Shown piece after piece: positions 20,551-30,476 of a stretch of 64,000 nucleotides of DNA. Source of the stretch: Pseudomonadales bacterium. Its GTDB lineage: Bacteria > Patescibacteriota > Microgenomatia > UBA1400 > PJMF01. Both the position numbers and the translations under genes were made by a program. The DNA lies in NCBI GenBank assembly GCA_020632265.1, contig JACKFW010000001.1, forward strand, positions 663,272 through 727,271, written 5' to 3'. Within the stretch, counting starts at the first letter, position 1; each line of letters begins with the position of its first letter. Under the pieces are notes generated by a model. It saw only the letters and a program-made list of their open reading frames with translations. It was not told the DNA's origin and searched no databases.

Positions 20551-20626
20551 TGGTGAGTCGAGAGGGACTCGAACCCCCGACCAGTAAGGTATAAGCTTAC
20601 CGCTCTACCAGCTGAGCTATCGACTC
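20551..20626 (-). tRNA. tRNA with anticodon UAU (tRNA-Ile reading AUA), CCA encoded
   Basis: The reverse complement GAGTCGATAGCTCAGCTGGTAGAGCGGTAAGCTTATACCTTACTGGTCGGGGGTTCGAGTCCCTCTCGACTCACCA folds as a cloverleaf with a 7-bp acceptor stem, anticodon stem GTAAG/CTTAC and loop CTTATAC. Confidence 0.8.
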
Positions 20627-20832
20627 ATTTTTCTGATTTTGAATCAAGTTCATTATATAACACAACTAGCCAACTTCAATCTCAAGGTGACAAGAATGTG
20701 TCTCAATTATACTATAAAAGATTCGACTCTTAATTATTTAAAAAAAGAATTATATAATTACCACTCAAATATCTATTACCATACATATATTTATTAAAAA
20801 TTAAGATGATACAATATATTCAAGAGGAAAAT

Positions 20833-21870
20833 ATGAAATACCCATCAAAAATACTAGATTTATTAAAACAAAAATGGAAGCTATTACTCGGTTTTTTAAT
20901 TTTAATTGGAATAGTATTCTTTTTTTTAATTAGATCAAAAGCTAGCAACCAAGAAATTTTAACATTTTCTAATCCAGTCATTAAATCAATTACAAAAACC
21001 TTAGAAATTTCTGGACACGTAGATGCAAAAGAAAAAGCTAGGCTAAGATTCATTGCTGGTGGAAAACTGGTTTATTTGGGCGCTAAAGAGGGTGATGTCG
21101 TCAAAAAATGGCAAACAATTGCGTCAATAGACCAAGCTACTTTAAATAAAGTGCTCCAAAAAGACTTAAATTTATACATGAAGGAAAGATGGGACTGGGA
21201 ACAAGGAATAGACGATAATAAAGATACATATATTGATCCTACTGAACAAAGAGTTATTGATAAAAATCAATGGGATCTTGATAATACTGTGATAGATGTT
21301 GAAATTCAAGATATCTCTATTAAAAATGCAAGTATTTACGCGCCATTTGCAGGCATATTAACCGTGGCTCCAACTGCTGTTACAGGTGTTCAACTTACTG
21401 GTTCAGATTATTTTGAAATTATTAATCCCGATTCATTAATTTTTAGAGCCGCAATTGATGAATCTGACATTAGTTTTATCAAATTAGCTCAAAATGCCGA
21501 ACTTACCCTAGACTCATTTCCAGACGAAATAATTAATACTCAAGTAACCTACATTTCATTTGTAAGTACTGAAACTAGTGGAGGAACTGCTTTTATTGTT
21601 GAATTTCCTTTAGCTAATGCCTCTAATTCAAATAATCTAAGAATCGGAATGAATGGTGATATTAAGATTCTGTTAGAAACAAAAGATGATGTATTAACAA
21701 TTCCCACAATTGCTCTAACTCAAAGAGATGATAAAGCTTATGTCAATGTCAAAATTGGAGAAAACAGTTCTGAAGAAAGAGAAGTTACTACAGGACTTGA
21801 AACTGATGAAGAAATTGAAATTATTGATGGGTTATCACAATCCGATCAAATTGTAATTCCAAAACAATAA
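20833..21870 (+). CDS. Efflux-pump periplasmic adaptor / HlyD-family membrane fusion protein (MacA-like)
   Basis: N-terminal TM, a coiled-coil middle and a C-terminal beta-barrel-like region. It precedes MacB-type ATPase and FtsX-permease genes. Start moved to MKYPSK. Confidence 0.65.
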   Translation: MKYPSKILDLLKQKWKLLLGFLILIGIVFFFLIRSKASNQEILTFSNPVIKSITKTLEISGHVDAKEKARLRFIAGGKLVYLGAKEGDVVKKWQTIASIDQATLNKVLQKDLNLYMKERWDWEQGIDDNKDTYIDPTEQRVIDKNQWDLDNTVIDVEIQDISIKNASIYAPFAGILTVAPTAVTGVQLTGSDYFEIINPDSLIFRAAIDESDISFIKLAQNAELTLDSFPDEIINTQVTYISFVSTETSGGTAFIVEFPLANASNSNNLRIGMNGDIKILLETKDDVLTIPTIALTQRDDKAYVNVKIGENSSEEREVTTGLETDEEIEIIDGLSQSDQIVIPKQ

Positions 21871-21871
21871 A

Positions 21872-22672
21872 ATGATTTTAAAATTAATAAATGTTTCCAA
21901 GCATTATCAGCTAGGAAATAACCTAATCAAAGCACTAAATAATACAAGCGTCGAAGTAAATGAGGGCGATTTTATTTCGATTATGGGTCCTTCAGGATCT
22001 GGAAAATCAACATTTTTACAGATTGCAAGTATTTTAGCCGAGCCTACTAGTGGTCAAATTTTTCTAAAAGATAAAGATGTAACCTCATATAATGAGGTTG
22101 AAAGAGCTAAAATCAGAAATCAAGAAATTGGTTTTATATTTCAACAATTTAATTTATTGGCAAGAACCTCTGCCATCGATAATGTTGCACTTCCCTTGGT
22201 ATACGCAGGAGTTAAAAATTCGCAACAAATTAAACGCGCCACTGAAATATTAACAAAAGTGGGTCTTGCTGAAAGATTATATAACACTCCAGCCCAACTC
22301 TCTGGTGGTCAGCAACAAAGAGTAGCAATCGCAAGAGCACTCATCAACAATCCTTCAATTATTTTTGCAGACGAACCAACTGGTAATTTAGATTCTAAAT
22401 CCGGCGATGAAATCATGAAAATTTTGCAAAATCTACACAAAGAAGGTAAAACAATAGTGATGGTAACTCATGAAGAAGACATTGCTCAATTGGCTGAAAG
22501 ACAAATTGTTTTTAAAGATGGTGAGATCGTATTCGATTCGGGATCAAAAAAGAGCCAAACTAAAAAAATCATCAAAACAAAAAATACAAAAATAATAAAT
22601 AAAAATACAAAAATAATAAATAAAAATACAAAAATAATAAATAAAAATACAAAAATAATAAAGAAAAAATAA
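21872..22672 (+). CDS. ABC transporter ATP-binding protein (MacB/LolD/FtsE-like) with a C-terminal (KNTKIIN)n tandem-repeat tail
   Basis: Walker A GPSGSGKSTFLQI, Q-loop, signature LSGGQQQRVAIARAL, Walker B IIFADEPTGNLD and H-loop VMVTHE. A 24-nt DNA repeat of 4 copies lies at 22575-22668. Confidence 0.85.
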   Translation: MILKLINVSKHYQLGNNLIKALNNTSVEVNEGDFISIMGPSGSGKSTFLQIASILAEPTSGQIFLKDKDVTSYNEVERAKIRNQEIGFIFQQFNLLARTSAIDNVALPLVYAGVKNSQQIKRATEILTKVGLAERLYNTPAQLSGGQQQRVAIARALINNPSIIFADEPTGNLDSKSGDEIMKILQNLHKEGKTIVMVTHEEDIAQLAERQIVFKDGEIVFDSGSKKSQTKKIIKTKNTKIINKNTKIINKNTKIINKNTKIIKKK

Positions 22673-23880
22673 TGTTCAACACATTTAAAATTGCTATAAA
22701 GGCAATACTGGTAAACAAATCAAGATCATTTTTAACAATGCTCGGGGTTATCATTGGTGTTGGATCGGTTGTCTTATTAACCGCAATTGGGACAGGACTG
22801 CAATCATACGTATCAGAACAATTTGATGAACTTGGAGCAAACACAGTGCTAGTATATCCAGGTGATCCATTCGGAGAAGGTGGTGGCTTTAGTCGTGAAA
22901 ATCAACTAAATGCACTTTCCAATAGCAAACTTGAAATGAAAGATGTCCAGGATATTTTAAAGATCAGAGAATTTGTAAGTGTCGCAGTCCCTTTTACAAC
23001 GCAAACTGACAACATTTCATATAGAGGCAATGATAAAGCTATAACGGTTATTGGTTCTACTGAAGATTATCAGATTGCTCAATCTACAACTAAGGTAGAA
23101 AAAGGCAGATTTTTCAATAAAACTGAGAACGATGCAAAAAAGAAAGTCGTCGTTATCGGATTTAAAGTTGCGGAAGAATTATTCGGTGAAATCGATCCAA
23201 TTGGCAAAAAAGTAAAGATTGGCAATCAAACATTCACTGTAATTGGAGTCCAAGAAGAAGCCGGTGGTTCTTTCGGAGGGCCGAGCTTTGATACTTACAT
23301 ATTTATTCCAATAGAAACCATGTTTAAACAATATGATTCAAAAAAGATTGTTGAAATTATTGTCAAAACAAAAAGCACTGATAATATACCTGAATCAATT
23401 GCAGCAATTGAAAAGCAATTACAAAAAAAATATGATGATGATGAATTTTCAGTCTTTGATCAGTCAGAAATTCTGAAAACTATCAATCAAATTCTAGGAG
23501 TTTTAACTATTGGCCTAGGAGGAATATCAAGCATTTCGTTGCTAGTAGGAGGAATTGGCATAATGAATATCATGTTGGTATCTGTAACAGAAAGAACACG
23601 AGAAATCGGACTTAGAAAAGCTCTGGGGGCAACTCCAAACACCATCCTGACTCAATTTTTAATAGAAGCAGCGGTATTATCAATATTAGGTGGGATAATT
23701 GGCTTATTAGTTGCCTATTTAGGTACTCTTGTAATTCAAATTTATTTTCCTGCAAAAATTACTATGCAAGCTGTCTTACTCGCATTTGGAGTATCTACAG
23801 CAGTAGGTTTAATATTTGGCGCTGCTCCAGCAAGAAGAGCATCTTTACTCTCTCCTATTGAAGCTCTTAGATACGAATAA
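22672..23880 (+). CDS. ABC transporter permease, FtsX/MacB family
   Basis: MacB_PCD-like periplasmic domain between TM1 and a C-terminal three-TM FtsX bundle (GGIGIMNIMLVSVTERTREIGLRKALGA). ATGA overlap with the upstream ATPase. Confidence 0.8.
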   Translation: MFNTFKIAIKAILVNKSRSFLTMLGVIIGVGSVVLLTAIGTGLQSYVSEQFDELGANTVLVYPGDPFGEGGGFSRENQLNALSNSKLEMKDVQDILKIREFVSVAVPFTTQTDNISYRGNDKAITVIGSTEDYQIAQSTTKVEKGRFFNKTENDAKKKVVVIGFKVAEELFGEIDPIGKKVKIGNQTFTVIGVQEEAGGSFGGPSFDTYIFIPIETMFKQYDSKKIVEIIVKTKSTDNIPESIAAIEKQLQKKYDDDEFSVFDQSEILKTINQILGVLTIGLGGISSISLLVGGIGIMNIMLVSVTERTREIGLRKALGATPNTILTQFLIEAAVLSILGGIIGLLVAYLGTLVIQIYFPAKITMQAVLLAFGVSTAVGLIFGAAPARRASLLSPIEALRYE

Positions 23881-23903
23881 AAAGTTGTATAATTATAAGT
23901 GTT

Positions 23904-24305
23904 ATGTTTTTTAAAACAAAAATATTTATAATTTTCGTGATGATTGCGGTAGGAATGACTTTTTATCATTTTGGGGACCCTACTAAATTACTCAACTCAA
24001 CCTTAGAAGTTATCAATAAAACACCGCTTAGAACATTGGTACAAAAATTTGACAATGTAAATCAGGATAATATAAATTTTAACCTTCAAGACTCAATTCA
24101 AAATGCCCAAACTGAAATTTCCTCACTTGCTAAACGCTCAAAAGAAGTTCAAAAACATACCTCAAACATCTTAGGATCATCAATAGAAGCCACCGACGAT
24201 GCTGTTCCAATTCATGAAAAAGCCCTTGAGTATGGAAAATACATTTACTGTAAAACAGTCGTAAATGACTATGAAACTCAACACAATCAAAGTGTTAATC
24301 CCTAA
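23904..24305 (+). CDS. Hypothetical membrane-anchored protein
   Basis: N-terminal TM IFIIFVMIAVGMTFY. No family recognised. Confidence 0.35.
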   Translation: MFFKTKIFIIFVMIAVGMTFYHFGDPTKLLNSTLEVINKTPLRTLVQKFDNVNQDNINFNLQDSIQNAQTEISSLAKRSKEVQKHTSNILGSSIEATDDAVPIHEKALEYGKYIYCKTVVNDYETQHNQSVNP

Positions 24306-24374
24306 GATTTGAACTCTTAAATCTAATAGTAAACGAATAAATTTTGTGAATTGCCAATAAAAAAATAAAAATCT

Positions 24375-26702
24375 TTAAAGATTACTTCTGCTTTGAATTT
24401 CAGACTCAACGATCTCAACTTCTTTACCATATTTCAATCTAGATAGCTCCTTGATCATCTCTGCCTGTTTAGGATTCATCCTAGCTTTAATATCATCCAT
24501 GTCTTTCTCTAAAGACATACTAAATGCAGGAACAGGTTCATTTTTTACAATCGTTTTGATATATACATGATACTTTTCTATATTTGTCAAATCACCTTCG
24601 TTAAAAGTTGGTGCAAACTCATGTTGCAAAAAGTTTGCATCTGGAACACCAACTCTAAATGAAACCATAGTACCAACGTTTCCAAAAACAGCATTCTTCA
24701 CATCCTCATCAATTTGACTAACAAACTGATTGGCAACAATTAAATTTAAGCGATACTTTCTAGCTTCTGAAAGAATAACTGCAAAATCTTCAGTTGCGTA
24801 ATTCTGAAACTCATCAACATATAAGAAAAAATCTTTTCTTTGATCCATTGCAACATCCTGACGACTCATCGCGGCAGTTAAAACTTTTGGTACAAGAATT
24901 AAACCTAAGAATTTTGCATCTTCTTCACCCAGAACTCCTTTTGAAAGATTGCATAGTATTACTTTCTGATCATCCATAGCCTGTCTAAAATTAAACGAAC
25001 TTTCAGGCTGACCGATAATATTACGCATTGTTTTGTTGGTCACAAACCTACCAAATTTAGAAACAATATAATCTAAAACCTCAGATTTGTGAAAATCCGA
25101 GGTTTGTGCAATTTGATCAGTCCAATATCGCCTTACCACTGGATCTTTAATTAATGGCATCATTTCATCAACATACTTACTGTCAGTTAAAATACGAACG
25201 AGTTCAATAAATGTACTACCTTTTTTATACATGATACTCAACATCGCATTTCTAATTGCATGTTCAAATCTTGGTCCAATAATTCCTGTTCGATGCGGAT
25301 CGTATAGTTTGTACATCAAACCAATGATTGAACCGACCACAAAATGTCTTTGTTCCTCTGAATCAGCTTCCATCATGTTTAAACCCATTGGTCTTGATAA
25401 ATCGGATGGGTTGAAATAAATAACATCATCTGCTCGTTCTGGAGGCATTAATTCTAAAATATCTTCAATGAATTCTCCATGAGGATCAATGGCACAAACT
25501 CCCTTACCTGCCTCAATATCTTGCAAAATCATTTCCTTAAGAAACTCAGATTTACCTGTACCAGTTTTTCCAATAATATACATATGTCTTCTTCTGTCAT
25601 CATCGCCAATAAAAACTTCTCTATCTTCACCTCTATAATTTGATTTACCCAAGCGCAAACCTGTTTTGGGAATATTATGTGGTGCCGGAGCATTTTTTGC
25701 ATTTAAATATCGAATATGATGAGTTTCAACTGTTTTATTTGGTAAATGAAAAATTGTTGCTAATTCTTCAGAATTTAAAATAAAGGTTCCTATGTTAAAA
25801 ATTGGCATATATCTATATATAAAATCAATCATAAATAGATGCTTTAGCCATATTCTAGCCTTCTTAAATGAGTTATATGCGGATGAATACTGAGCAAATG
25901 TACCAACTATGTTATTTAGATGAGATTCGGCCATATACTCATTTTGTGCAGAAACAACAATTCTAATAGAAACTTTAAATCCGGGCTTTTCTACCTTTTG
26001 ATTAATTAATTCCATTTCCTTAGGATCATTTGCATATGAAGCATTTTTTGGATCAGCCTCACGCTTTTTCTGGGCTGCAACGAAAGATCTTCCCTGTTTT
26101 TGCCATTTTCTGGATTCTGGTTGAAGGAGAATTTGAATAATCGCACCTTCGCCAGCACCCATCTTAGAAAGTGCCGAAGTTAATAAAGATAAACCATCAG
26201 TTGGTAAATCCTTAAACATTTTGAGTGGAATATATGTAGCTTTTTCTAATTTAAGAGAAGCAAAAGCAACTTTGCCCTTCTTGCTAAAGATATTCACTTC
26301 GTCAACTTCCTTGATATCAGCATTTGGATATGCTCCATGGATTTGCTTTTCCACCAAATCTCTAATCTTGCGAGGACAATTCATATAAAATGATATCTCT
26401 TCTTGAAGAGCCACTATCTCAAAAGAGAACAAGTTTTCAGCTTTTGCCCAAGCAAAAATACCAGATTTTTTAAGCGAGTAAAGAGATGCAAAAAGTTGCT
26501 CTGCGGCATCAATTTTAGTTTCATTATCTTTAGGAACTCTTATTAACAAAGAAACAAATTCAAGTGCAACTTTTTCCCTATTACGATGTTTAAACCACTG
26601 AAAAACCATGTAAATGAATACGATAAATATCGCCAAAAAAAGAATTGCAAAAATCAATAGCATTAAAAAAGATGCAATTCTGGCTGTAAAATCACCTTCC
26701 AT
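24375..26702 (-). CDS. Membrane-anchored FtsK/HerA-superfamily P-loop ATPase, type IV secretion VirB4/TraC-like. A VirD4/TraD-type coupling protein is not excluded.
   Basis: Two N-terminal TM helices. Walker A YIIGKTGTGKSEF is followed by GVCAIDPHGEF (DUF87/T4SS-DNA_transf pattern). Walker B/arginine region LYVDEFQNYATEDFAVILSEARKYRLNLIVANQ. An N-domain of about 380 aa precedes the ATPase. Confidence 0.6.
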   Translation of the reverse strand: MEGDFTARIASFLMLLIFAILFLAIFIVFIYMVFQWFKHRNREKVALEFVSLLIRVPKDNETKIDAAEQLFASLYSLKKSGIFAWAKAENLFSFEIVALQEEISFYMNCPRKIRDLVEKQIHGAYPNADIKEVDEVNIFSKKGKVAFASLKLEKATYIPLKMFKDLPTDGLSLLTSALSKMGAGEGAIIQILLQPESRKWQKQGRSFVAAQKKREADPKNASYANDPKEMELINQKVEKPGFKVSIRIVVSAQNEYMAESHLNNIVGTFAQYSSAYNSFKKARIWLKHLFMIDFIYRYMPIFNIGTFILNSEELATIFHLPNKTVETHHIRYLNAKNAPAPHNIPKTGLRLGKSNYRGEDREVFIGDDDRRRHMYIIGKTGTGKSEFLKEMILQDIEAGKGVCAIDPHGEFIEDILELMPPERADDVIYFNPSDLSRPMGLNMMEADSEEQRHFVVGSIIGLMYKLYDPHRTGIIGPRFEHAIRNAMLSIMYKKGSTFIELVRILTDSKYVDEMMPLIKDPVVRRYWTDQIAQTSDFHKSEVLDYIVSKFGRFVTNKTMRNIIGQPESSFNFRQAMDDQKVILCNLSKGVLGEEDAKFLGLILVPKVLTAAMSRQDVAMDQRKDFFLYVDEFQNYATEDFAVILSEARKYRLNLIVANQFVSQIDEDVKNAVFGNVGTMVSFRVGVPDANFLQHEFAPTFNEGDLTNIEKYHVYIKTIVKNEPVPAFSMSLEKDMDDIKARMNPKQAEMIKELSRLKYGKEVEIVESEIQSRSNL

Positions 26703-26704
26703 AT

Positions 26705-27352
26705 CTATTGCTCTTCCTTATAAATTACTTTACCCGCAAAAACTTTAATTATTTTATGACTCCACTCTACTAACCACCTTAAACTAAAAACCGGACTTTT
26801 CTTTTCGCCTTCTTTTTCCTCTTCATACGTAATAGGCAATACAACTACTGGAGTTGATGGATAATTTGCTTTTACTGTTTCTACTGTTCCATCAGCAATC
26901 ACAATTTCATGAGGTGCTTGATCTTGATGATCATCAACTCTTTGTAAAAAGCTCTCAACTTCTACTGGAATTTCTGGATTCTTTTCATGTTCTATTGTCT
27001 GCAATCCTCCTCCTAAATCGGTTGATGATTTATCTGGAACAGAACCTAATTCATTTTTTTCTTTCAAAGATCTTGAAGGGTAATCTGGATTAAGAGTATC
27101 AGTTGCTTGATCTATTACTGATCCAACAGCTTGAGGAGCTAGAGAACTAAGTTCCTCAAGGACTTCTTTAAGGGTATTTAAATTTGCATTAGTTTGATTT
27201 GTATTTGTTTGATTTACATCTGTCTGACTAGCGTCTGACTGACTGACAACGGTTGGACCAACGTTATTTTGACTTACATCTGTCTGACCTAAATTTTGAG
27301 GTCCAACATTGTTTGTTGACAAATTAGAATTATTTTGGGCAAGACTGGTCAT
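26705..27352 (-). CDS. Hypothetical protein with a Q/N/T-rich low-complexity N-terminus and an acidic C-terminus. It is translationally coupled to the downstream ATPase.
   Basis: MTSLAQNNSNLSTNNVGPQNLGQTDVSQNNVGP... The gene ends 3 nt before the ATPase start. Confidence 0.45.
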   Translation of the reverse strand: MTSLAQNNSNLSTNNVGPQNLGQTDVSQNNVGPTVVSQSDASQTDVNQTNTNQTNANLNTLKEVLEELSSLAPQAVGSVIDQATDTLNPDYPSRSLKEKNELGSVPDKSSTDLGGGLQTIEHEKNPEIPVEVESFLQRVDDHQDQAPHEIVIADGTVETVKANYPSTPVVVLPITYEEEKEGEKKSPVFSLRWLVEWSHKIIKVFAGKVIYKEEQ

Positions 27353-27377
27353 ATATTCCTATACTCAATAATATCAT

Positions 27378-27905
27378 TTATTTGAGGATAACCACATCAC
27401 TGACTTCTATCTTATACTTATCTATATCACCTGAATTTAGTTCTAAGACTTTATCAGAGAGAGCATTGACATAAATTAACTCGAGATCTTTAACATCCGT
27501 ATTTGGAGCAGGTTTTTTAACATTTTTAGTCAAACCAACCACTTTATTATTCCTTATCCAAACAAAATCAAGGTCAAACTTCATCTTAAACATCCAAAAA
27601 GTTCTCTGAGATTCATCTGGAAAAATAAATAACATTCCATCACTTCCAATTTGATCTCTGTCGCTTAATCCTTGACTAGTACTATCTCTCGTATTTACAA
27701 CTTCAACCTCAAGCTCTTGTCCATCGGGAGTTGTCTTTGAGTCGGGCTTTTTAATTAAGATTTTTACTTTCTCCATATCACTTACCTCACTAAATGTTTT
27801 TGTATTAGACCTTTCTGAATTCAAAAAAAACAGCATGCTAATTACAATGATAATCATTAATATTAAAAAACAAACTTTATAAAATGCGTTTGATTTAACT
27901 TTCAT
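27378..27905 (-). CDS. DUF192 domain protein, membrane-anchored
   Basis: DUF192 signature GMLFIFPDESQRTFWMFKMKFDLDFVW...YVNALSDKVLELNSGD. N-terminal TM. 11-nt overlap with lgt. Confidence 0.6.
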   Translation of the reverse strand: MKVKSNAFYKVCFLILMIIIVISMLFFLNSERSNTKTFSEVSDMEKVKILIKKPDSKTTPDGQELEVEVVNTRDSTSQGLSDRDQIGSDGMLFIFPDESQRTFWMFKMKFDLDFVWIRNNKVVGLTKNVKKPAPNTDVKDLELIYVNALSDKVLELNSGDIDKYKIEVSDVVILK

Positions 27906-28692
27906 TATTTTTAATTTTATTAAATAGATGTATTAATAAAATTGAACTTAACGCCAAAATTATAAAAATCTGATTAATACTAAACGAAGTATCTACAAAC
28001 ATTACTTTGTCTATTCTTATAAAATCAAGCAGAAATCTCAATATTAAATAGTAAGTCAGATATGTTAAAAACAACTTACCACTTCCAACTTGAAGTAATT
28101 TCGTTTTATTATCCAAATAATAAACTACAATAAAAAAGATTGCCAAAGGAATCATTTCATATAAGAATAAAGGATGGTAATAAGCAACATCTTTATAAAA
28201 AGGTAATCTGTTTTCAGGAGAAATATGAATTTTCAAAAAAGAGTTAGTTGGAAATCCGTATAATTCTTGATTTACATAATTTCCCAATCTTCCAATCAAT
28301 TGACCGACAGGTAAGCCAAAAACCATGATATCTAGAACTTTAATAAATGATATGTTGTTACATGGTTTAATCAATTTAATTCCAAGATAAATCCCAAAAA
28401 TAATTCCAATCAAGCCTCCAAATATACTTAAACCTCCATTCCAAACATAAAAAATTTGCTCAAAATTATTGGAGTATAAATAAAAATCAGTCATGACGTG
28501 CCATGCCCGAGCGCCCAAAATACCAAAAAATAAACTAAATATAACTATGGTCCAAAAACAATTTTTATCATAGTTATAAATTTTAAATTTTTTTTCAATC
28601 AAAGATATTGCGAAAACAATAGCTAAACCAAGAAGAAATCCATAGGTATGAAAAGTAAAACTTCCTAGTTGAAATATGGAAGGAATCATCAT
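27895..28692 (-). CDS. lgt: Prolipoprotein diacylglyceryl transferase
   Basis: Polytopic membrane protein with the Lgt signature GQLIGRLGNYVNQELYGFPT. Confidence 0.75.
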   Translation of the reverse strand: MMIPSIFQLGSFTFHTYGFLLGLAIVFAISLIEKKFKIYNYDKNCFWTIVIFSLFFGILGARAWHVMTDFYLYSNNFEQIFYVWNGGLSIFGGLIGIIFGIYLGIKLIKPCNNISFIKVLDIMVFGLPVGQLIGRLGNYVNQELYGFPTNSFLKIHISPENRLPFYKDVAYYHPLFLYEMIPLAIFFIVVYYLDNKTKLLQVGSGKLFLTYLTYYLILRFLLDFIRIDKVMFVDTSFSINQIFIILALSSILLIHLFNKIKNNES

Positions 28693-28699
28693 AGTTTGC

Positions 28700-29182
28700 T
28701 TACCTGCCTAAAAAGAATATCATCAACATAAAAATCAAGACCAAAAAAACATAACTTGAAACAAAATATTTAATCTCAGTAGAACTCAATTTTCTTTTCA
28801 ATTGAAACAAAAACCTTGCATGAAATCCATCTGAATCAGTTCTATATTGAATTAGTTCTAACAAAAGAACAGAAACTATTGATAAAAACAATCCAATTCC
28901 AATTTCACTTCCAGTAGAGGTTATTAAATAAACCCCCATCGGAAACAGAGAGATTATAAAAATTAAAGATCTAGTAATTAAATTTGGTTTTGTTTTTGGA
29001 TTTTCCAGATAATATTTATGCAAAATCTCTTCATCCAAATGCATCAAAATCACTCCTAAAAACAAACCTGCAGAAAAATAAAATAAATCTAAATAATTAA
29101 TTTCACCACTAAAATAACTAGTAAGAACAAATAATCCAGAAATAACAACTGGTATCATTAAATTTTGAATTTTAATCTTCAT
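28700..29182 (-). CDS. Hypothetical integral membrane protein (about 4 TM)
   Basis: Hydrophobic segments only. 11-nt overlap with the upstream gene. Confidence 0.4.
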   Translation of the reverse strand: MKIKIQNLMIPVVISGLFVLTSYFSGEINYLDLFYFSAGLFLGVILMHLDEEILHKYYLENPKTKPNLITRSLIFIISLFPMGVYLITSTGSEIGIGLFLSIVSVLLLELIQYRTDSDGFHARFLFQLKRKLSSTEIKYFVSSYVFLVLIFMLMIFFLGR

Positions 29183-30476
29183 ATTCGTTAACCTTATACT
29201 TATAGTCTATAATTTTTTCAACCGCTTTATCAACTAAATTTTTAAATTCTTGATTAGTATCATACTCTTTAGCAAGATTAAAGATAATCTCCTTCATATC
29301 GTAAGAATTCACTGATTGGCCATATATTAACACTTCATCTCCGGCAATGATTGCTTCTTTGGAAACTTGAATTAAACTTTTAGGTTCGCTAATATTTTCC
29401 ATATTAAAGCTTGCAGCTTTCATCTCAAGTGCGTCTGAAAAAACTAGCAAATTAGGATAAGCATTTTTTAACTCATTCACACAATCTTTACTCAAAGAAC
29501 ACGGAATTTGAGAATTTTGATTAACAATCCCAACATGAGAAACCATCACTGATACTCTATTTGGTTGTTCGATAATATATTTGTACAACTTCACATCATT
29601 CACAAGTACGTCGATAAAATCAAAATTATTGTGCAAATCCTTTTTAATAGTTCCAATTCCAGGGAAATGCTTAATAACAGGCAAAATTCCGTAAGAATCA
29701 AAAATTGATATGTAATTCATACTTCTGTCGGCAACTATGGCATAAGAATCAGAACATATTCTATCTTTTAAAATATTATTATTTCCAACATCTAAAACTG
29801 GAGCTAAAACAATATCAATTCCCGTATTTTTCAACTCACCAGCAGACCTTCTTAACAAATCATCTCTCTCAATCTCGTCAAGTTCGCACAAATCTTTCCA
29901 AGAAGGTAATTGCGTGTATCCCTCACCATTTAATCTTTGAACACTTCCCCCTTCATGATCAACCGCAAACCTAGGCGACAACAAATTGTTTTCATATAAA
30001 TTTTTAACTTCAATTATTTTCTGTTTTGCACTTTCAGATGCTATTTCACTTCCAAAAATAGTGATAAATCCCGGAGAAAGCTTGTCTAATCTTAAATTCT
30101 CTATTTCTGCAATTTCTAAGATTTTATTTTTAGCGGATTCTGATGACTCATTTTCTGGTGATGAGAGAAAAAATTCTCTAATAAATTCAATCCCTTTTGA
30201 TTCTTGCTCTTCATCTATTACTAGTGGGTAAGCAATCATCTGAGCAATTTTCTCTTGAGTGGATAACTTGTCTAAAATCTCATTTTTGGATAATGCCACT
30301 GGCTCTTTGAGAACCTCCGCGGTTTGAGGTGGGTTTTCTACGACATCAAAATACTTTTCAAATGGTCGTTTAAAATAATTAACTCCAGACATAAACAGTA
30401 AAATCAATAATAAACCAAAAAAAATGTATTGCCGAAATTTTAAATTATTTATTTGATTCATGAGTTTTTTTTTCAC
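29172..30476 (-). CDS. Glycoside hydrolase family 3 beta-N-acetylhexosaminidase-like protein (NagZ-like), membrane-anchored
   Basis: GH3 blocks FAVDHEGGSVQRL, DIVLAPVLDV and IKHFPGIGT. N-terminal TM. Confidence 0.7.
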   Translation of the reverse strand: MKKKLMNQINNLKFRQYIFFGLLLILLFMSGVNYFKRPFEKYFDVVENPPQTAEVLKEPVALSKNEILDKLSTQEKIAQMIAYPLVIDEEQESKGIEFIREFFLSSPENESSESAKNKILEIAEIENLRLDKLSPGFITIFGSEIASESAKQKIIEVKNLYENNLLSPRFAVDHEGGSVQRLNGEGYTQLPSWKDLCELDEIERDDLLRRSAGELKNTGIDIVLAPVLDVGNNNILKDRICSDSYAIVADRSMNYISIFDSYGILPVIKHFPGIGTIKKDLHNNFDFIDVLVNDVKLYKYIIEQPNRVSVMVSHVGIVNQNSQIPCSLSKDCVNELKNAYPNLLVFSDALEMKAASFNMENISEPKSLIQVSKEAIIAGDEVLIYGQSVNSYDMKEIIFNLAKEYDTNQEFKNLVDKAVEKIIDYKYKVNEYED

